Below are positions 50,105 to 55,835 of a stretch of DNA of 55,835 nucleotides, one piece after another; the first letter of the stretch is position 1; each line of letters begins with the position of its first letter. The stretch comes from Atractiella rhizophila (lineage: Eukaryota). The notes beneath the pieces are model-generated. The model did no database searches, was not told the origin of the DNA, and saw nothing but the letters and a program-made list of their open reading frames with translations. The position numbers were made by a program, and so were the translations under genes. The stretch is taken from NCBI GenBank assembly GCA_021432655.1, contig MU271481.1, positions 1 to 55,835 of the forward strand. Reading direction: 5' to 3'.

Positions 50105-51657
50105 TCAGGCCCTAAAAGGAACTTCACCTTCAGCTTCAGCATCAAGTTCAGTCTCAGAATCCGGAGGGCTGGGATATCCGATTAAGTCAGGGACGATTGC
50201 TTCGGTCGTCCTTTGTCCGATCCTCTCGTGGAAGTCAGAAGCAATATCTTGAATGGCTTTCTCCTTGCTCTTCCCCCTTTCCTTCGAAGAAGTTCCTTTG
50301 GCGGTCTGGAATCTTAAATCCCTCCTCCCTAATGCAACCTTTCTAGGTTTAACCCGAGAAGGAGTGAGTTTGACGCGGATAGCGCGAGAGGGAGACGCAG
50401 TGTGGATGATTCCTTCTGTGTCGACGGACGTGATGTGGCCGAAGGTATAGTCGAATGCTCCTTCTCCGACGGACTGCGGTGGGGTCGGTGGTGGAGTAGG
50501 AGGACAAGGAAGTTGTGTGGTAGTTGCGTGCCGTGGGGTGTTGGCAGGACACTTGAGTTGGTAGCGAGTAACCTCGGTCGGTGGTGAGGACAAGGCACAT
50601 CCGGAATCTGGCCTTGTTATCGTTCCTACAGGGAGCCATTCAGTGACACAAAGGTTTGAGGGAATGAAGAAAAACCTCTGGGTTCTCCGGCGGAAGCAGA
50701 GGTCGACGCCGCTGGAATATCCCTTTGGATAGGTGGGCTGGAGAGTCCGGCGTGAGCTTCTTCTTTCTCTTTGCCCGTTGTCTTCCTCGATCTTTCCTTC
50801 TCGATCTTCGTCTCTGCACGCGATCATTCATTAATACCTCATTTTCTTGAGAGCGGAACGGCGAACTTTCAGAAGCAAAGCTAGGTGAGTTTAGTTGCAC
50901 CTCCTTCCCATTGTCCCCTCGAACCATCACCACCTTCGTTTTTCTCCAGTTCCTTCCAAGGATAGGATTGTAAGGTATCTCTTCCCCGCCGGATTCCACA
51001 GGGTCAGGGAGCTTCCTACCCTTCTTCAGCCTCCACTCAACCATCACTATTGGTTGGTAAGGATTTCTGAGTTTCACTTCCTCGACCGCTCGTCTGCCCC
51101 AGCCCGCTTCGATCTCACGGATAGACAATCCATCATGGATGTCGGGATAAGCCATAGCTCGATGACCCGTGAGAATGGACCTGTAGTCATACGGATCTCG
51201 AGGTGGTGGAGTAGGAGAAGGAGACCTGGAGACAACCAGTTCGAACGGGTTTGCGTCGGTCTGTTCCATCCAAGGAATCAGGAAAGGTGGCAAGGAGGAA
51301 GGAGAGAACACAAACATCTCTACTCGGTGTAAGCCATCGACGCTTCCTCCAGGAGAGCTCCCTCAGTTCGGTCTATCCCCAATCTCGGGTTAACACTTGA
51401 GTCCCAATCGTCTCCACCAAAATTTGAAAGCCAAAGGAATGGATAATTGTTGGGGTCCGGCTCTGGAGTAGGAGGAAACTGGGAAGGAAACCTCACGATG
51501 TTCAGACGACGCGATTTCGCAAAAGCTTTCAATGCTTCCACTGCGGCTCCTTCCTTCGCCTTATAGTGATTCAACGCGTTCCAACCCTTCGCTTCGTGAT
51601 ATTTCGTGACGACCAGCGTCGCCCCCGCCTTCTCCCCTCCGCTGAAAAATCCAAACA
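50105..51657 (-). CDS. Hypothetical Pro/basic-rich protein, exon structure unresolved
   Basis: Three consecutive same-strand ORFs (51320-51934, 50640-51317, 50105-50827) in different frames with intron-like pyrimidine tracts at the junctions. Confidence 0.4.
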
Positions 51658-52724
51658 TGCTTGGATATAACGTCGAAATGGTAACTTCCCGGTGGCGTGA
51701 CTGTTGTGAAAAGGTCCAAAGTTGGATTGAAGGGCGAGACACCTTGACAGCTTTTAAGCCAGCGCCATGAACCAGAAACTGGAGGGACGTGAGAAAGACG
51801 GCAGCCCCCGCAAAATAACGTCTGTCGGGAGGCGAATGAATGGAAAGACGGGATGTTAAGCGACGCGTATGACATGTTGATAACCGCCCATTCTTATCTA
51901 TATCTACTCTATTTGTCCAATGATCTGAAGACATGCCGCCACCGCTTTTGACTGTATCTGACGCATAGTTGAATTGAAACCAGTCGGCACGCTTTGGATT
52001 GCGAATATTGAGTCTTCAGGACCATCTTGTGGTTGTTTGTTCCAACAGACGGCCGGAAATAATCTTCACGCGTCGCCAGGAATGGACAGTTAGAACAGGG
52101 TCGTAAGATCAGGGCAGTGAATAAGAGCTAGAGGAAGGAGTAGGGAAGGAGTTAACGACTAGGGCGAATCCGTGGGTGGTTCACTTTTCTTCTCGATATT
52201 TGAGGAGCGTTTAAGTGTATGCACCATGATCGATCCAACAACATGCTATGGAGAGACGAGATGAGGACACGGTGTTTCGAGACGTCTCATCAAATATAAC
52301 AACCTGTTGCCGTAAAGGAAAGCAGTGATACTGTGATGGGGCCGCACTTCGAAGCAAGGATAGTATCTCCAGCAGTATTCTGGTGCAGAAGCTTGACGGC
52401 TACTTCGGTTTGCGTCAAAGTGTAGATTTGGGGTGAAGAGTCGAGTTCACGAGAAGAGTTCTCACAGAACTTTCGTGCTCAATACAAGTCTACACCTCCA
52501 TTCTGCTCAGCCAAGTAGAAACCTACAAATAATGTTCATAAACACAGACAGTATTCGTCTAGCGTTTCGTGTTCTGTTTTGTCGTTGGGCATACAAGAAA
52601 GTGTCTTTTATGACGTACTGGCATGCAGTGGCCACAAAATAAAACTTACTAAACCTCAGTTGCTCGATCCTGTTCCATTTGTAAAGAATCCCACGAATGT
52701 CGCACATGGGGTTTAGTCGTCGGG

Positions 52725-52962
52725 GCTGGATTTTTCAGCTTGTGTGGAGCTGAATTTTTAGCCTCAAAGACACTTAAAACCTTGTCGCTTTGAGCCCATA
52801 CGTGCTGAATTTTTCAGCCAAGGTAAGCTGAACTTCCTGATTCAGTCTTTCAAGTTCAGCTGAAGACTTACTACTCAGCTTATTAATTTCCGCAGATTCA
52901 GAATTCAGCCTCCGTCGCTCAGGCGTATAATGCAGAACAAATGCTGAAAGTGCTAGGCTGAG
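52725..52962. repeat. Cluster of short GCTGA/TCAGC inverted repeats
   Basis: GCTGRATTTTT(C)AGC at 52725, 52749, 52804; perfect 10-bp inverted pair 52826-52835/52852-52861. Confidence 0.7.
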
Positions 52963-55364
52963 ACGAAGTGTAATGCAAAGTGTAGCGTCTAATTTCGCTC
53001 AAAGGTCGTTTTTGGGGAGCGAGTGTTGTTGCTGGTACGTTCTGACGGAATGGAAATGCGATTTCCTCCATATTCCCTAGTCTTTTGTTCACATTGCATT
53101 AAACATCTTATGGCAAACGCACTCATCATCTAGCACGTATCTGTGCCTCAAAGTGAGTGAATTTAGAAAACGTTCGTCTTCGAGCTCTCATGATGGTCTC
53201 TTACCACCAGTACATACTACTATCCATAAATCAAGACACAAAGTGTGGTAACTCAGTCCAATGGCTTGAACCCGTGTATCCACATTCACAAGTAGGAATG
53301 CTCCTCACAGCATACTAGACTTTTATTCAAGAATTACTTGTGTCAATTTGCAGCTTTAGAGCATGAGAGGTTCACAAAGAGTTATTGCAGAACATATGCA
53401 TGTACAGCTCAAGTCGACAGCTCCATCCTGTCAGCCAAATAGACCACAATATTATAAATTCAAACATACTACCTATCACCTCCACCTTCTGATAATAGGA
53501 AAACAACGCTCGAGTCGTCAGTCAACTCCTTTCCTCCTCTTTGTGCCACTCGGACTTGCTCCGTGGTCCACTGCCCAAAGAAAAGAATGACTTCGCGGCC
53601 GTACAACCTCAGGATCTTCTGAAAAAATATTTCAATAAGATTTATGAAGCCGTTGAAGCTGGCAGTACAATGGCGAATGGACACGAAGCGAACACTTCTG
53701 AATTGTAGCCTTAAAAAAGTCGAAAGGGGACAAGGTTGCTGTCGGCATGACCACCATCAATCCTCAGGTATGTGAATTCGCGAATGTGCAATGGTTGAGT
53801 GAAGATGAAACTTTCGATGTCGGTGCATCACTGAGGTCCTTAGTCGATTTTGAGGGTTTGTAAGTGAGGTAGGATTTGCAAAATAACGGGGGGGGGGGTG
53901 GGATAACAACTTGCCACTGGAGTATTGACACAGTTCCCGCTGAGAGTAATGTCTCTGTCAACATTTTCAGGAAGCAGTATCTGACGTTAAAGATCTTTAG
54001 CTCATTGAGATATATCGTGCTTCCGCCTTAAGATGCAAAATGTGCCGGTTGCAGCAAATGTGAAGTTTGCAACCGCTTGCTCTATCTTCTTCAGTGAATC
54101 GCGCTGAAGACCATACCCGTCGGCCTGGTGACTATTCAAGTACTCCAAGTTTCTCTGAAGCCTTAGATGGCTCAGCTTGAAAAACATAGCTCGCTGCCTC
54201 CATGATCTACACACTTGAAATTCTGGAAATGGATTTTGCATCGTATCGAGCATAGAATAGGTATTCGAATATGATACCTAGAATCTCGACGGGAAAACTC
54301 ATGATCGTCGCGTCCGGCAGCACCATTGAAAGGTGAAGGTTCCAAAATGCCTGTCGCCCATACCCATAAACATTGGAATCCGAACGGATAGATCGATCAT
54401 GACAGGATTCGTCCCGTAAAATGATCGAGGCTCTACTCCCAGCTCGATTTCAAGAAGTTTGGACATGCCCTCAGGAGGTTGACCATCAGGCGCATTGTTA
54501 ATTGTTACACTGATCATAAGACCCGAATCATTTATTTGAGCGTCAAGAAAAGATGTGGCGGAAATGGACTTGGAACTGGTATTTGTTGCACGGATCCAGA
54601 GGACAAAATAATTGTGCGCATAGAGTAGTGTTCGAGGTTCGACACTCTCTCGACCCAATTGTGGGAGAGGTGGATACAAAGCTTTCGAAGGTTCGTAGTG
54701 GCCCGAAAAGATGACGTCCAGCCAAATGTATCTTTACGTCGAGGCTCCCTTCGGTCAGTTTTGGCACCCTGTAAATGCGTAGAATCGAGTAGAATAGTCA
54801 TCCGTTGGTTGATCCCATCATTGTGTGGAACGGGCATCCGCACAGATCTCTGTTCCACATTCGGTTCGGTTTTGCTATTATACAGGATTGAGAAGGAACA
54901 AAAATATCGACTACATGGGGGTTAAATATCCCGCTTATTCATGGAGCTCTTCTTAACTTCTCTCATGGAAAACACGCTTCCATAGCGTGCGTCATAGCAG
55001 CCATATGTTCGCCGAGATGCGCTAAAGACACGTTCTGTTACGAAAACAACGCAACAGCAAGCTGCACTTTAGCAATATATGATGTCATCAGCAGGTTATG
55101 TCGAAGCTTCGCGTTTGAAGTTGGGCTTGAAATACTACGACGCCGATATCGCGATGGCTTGAAACGATTGATGAAATCCATTGGGTATCTATGATCACAG
55201 AACAATGCTGACAGGTTAAGTATGCAGGAGTAAATGGAAAGAAATGTGTTATGAAATACAACAAGTGCATCTCTCCTCCCTTCACCCATGTCATCCATCC
55301 AAACTCACACTTCGACACACTCCATCCACTTCACAACTGAGCTGGAACAGAAACAGGAACCCTG

Positions 55365-55835
55365 TCACGGATTGACAGGCCTCAAAATCGGCTGGGGCGG
55401 AGGCTCTTCGAACTCCCTCCTCTCTCCTGGCGCATTTTTGTTTCCTTCGACGTCAATAGGCACGATCACATCGACTGTTGAAGCAGCAACTGAGTCCGTC
55501 AAGCTGGATAAATCCTCTGCGTCCGTTTCGTCTAGATCCATGTCAACGATAGAAGAGGTGGTAGAGGAGGGATGAGGGGATGAAGGGTTCGCGTCTTGGT
55601 TCAGGAGATAGTTGGGGTGGGAGCGAACCAGAGAGGTATAGTAGGTTGCGAGCGTGAGGGAGGTAGTCTGTCAAACGGTACCAGCTTGTCACAAAGGCGA
55701 TTTCAGATGAAGTGAAAGAGGGAGACGCACAACCAATCTCCAATCGATGGCGTCACAAAACTCTCTCTCCAAAACGTTCATCTCCATTAAACTGACGCCT
55801 CCAACCTTGGCATACCTCGTATTAGTACAAAAACT
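55365..55835 (-). CDS. 3' end of a hypothetical protein (acidic tail), gene begins beyond the window
   Basis: Minus-strand frame DMDLDETDAEDLSSLTDS...EFEEPPPQPILRPVNP* ending 55365. Confidence 0.4.

Noticed and set aside
52725..52962. CRISPR-like array
   Set aside because: Eukaryotic context, repeats only ~15 nt, irregular spacing, no cas genes
53764..54860. Minus-strand ORF fragments as a gene or transposase
   Set aside because: No motif recognised and no consistent splice model; may be a decayed gene

Overview
Gene-dense, intron-rich (mostly ~50-nt GT-AG introns) eukaryotic DNA from a fungus. The gene families and intron style suggest a basidiomycete, possibly Pucciniomycotina (inference). 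The assembly is draft quality, with two N-gaps and one homopolymer-rich junk-like patch. About 20 protein genes were reconstructed by hand splicing: KGD1 (2-oxoglutarate dehydrogenase E1), a MATE exporter, a Zn2Cys6 factor, MYG1, a TDA10/GLYK-type P-loop kinase, a concentrative nucleoside transporter, ETF-alpha, a Kin1/MARK kinase, RTA1, an ER FKBP, a GPI-type GH26-like hydrolase, a NoxD/PRO41 homolog absent from the ORF track, a Git3-like GPCR and several hypotheticals. Most notable observations: (1) a SWR1 N-terminal/HSA gene that stops cleanly before the SNF2 ATPase; (2) a 2.07-kb head-to-tail duplication that starts inside an intron and gives a second, intact set of 3' exons for a TF-like gene; (3) two tandem 8-Cys repeats at the C-terminus of that gene; (4) unusually long, hairpin-rich first introns in KGD1 and the TDA10-like kinase. 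No rRNA, CRISPR or intact mobile element was seen. All family calls are from motif recognition, not database searches.
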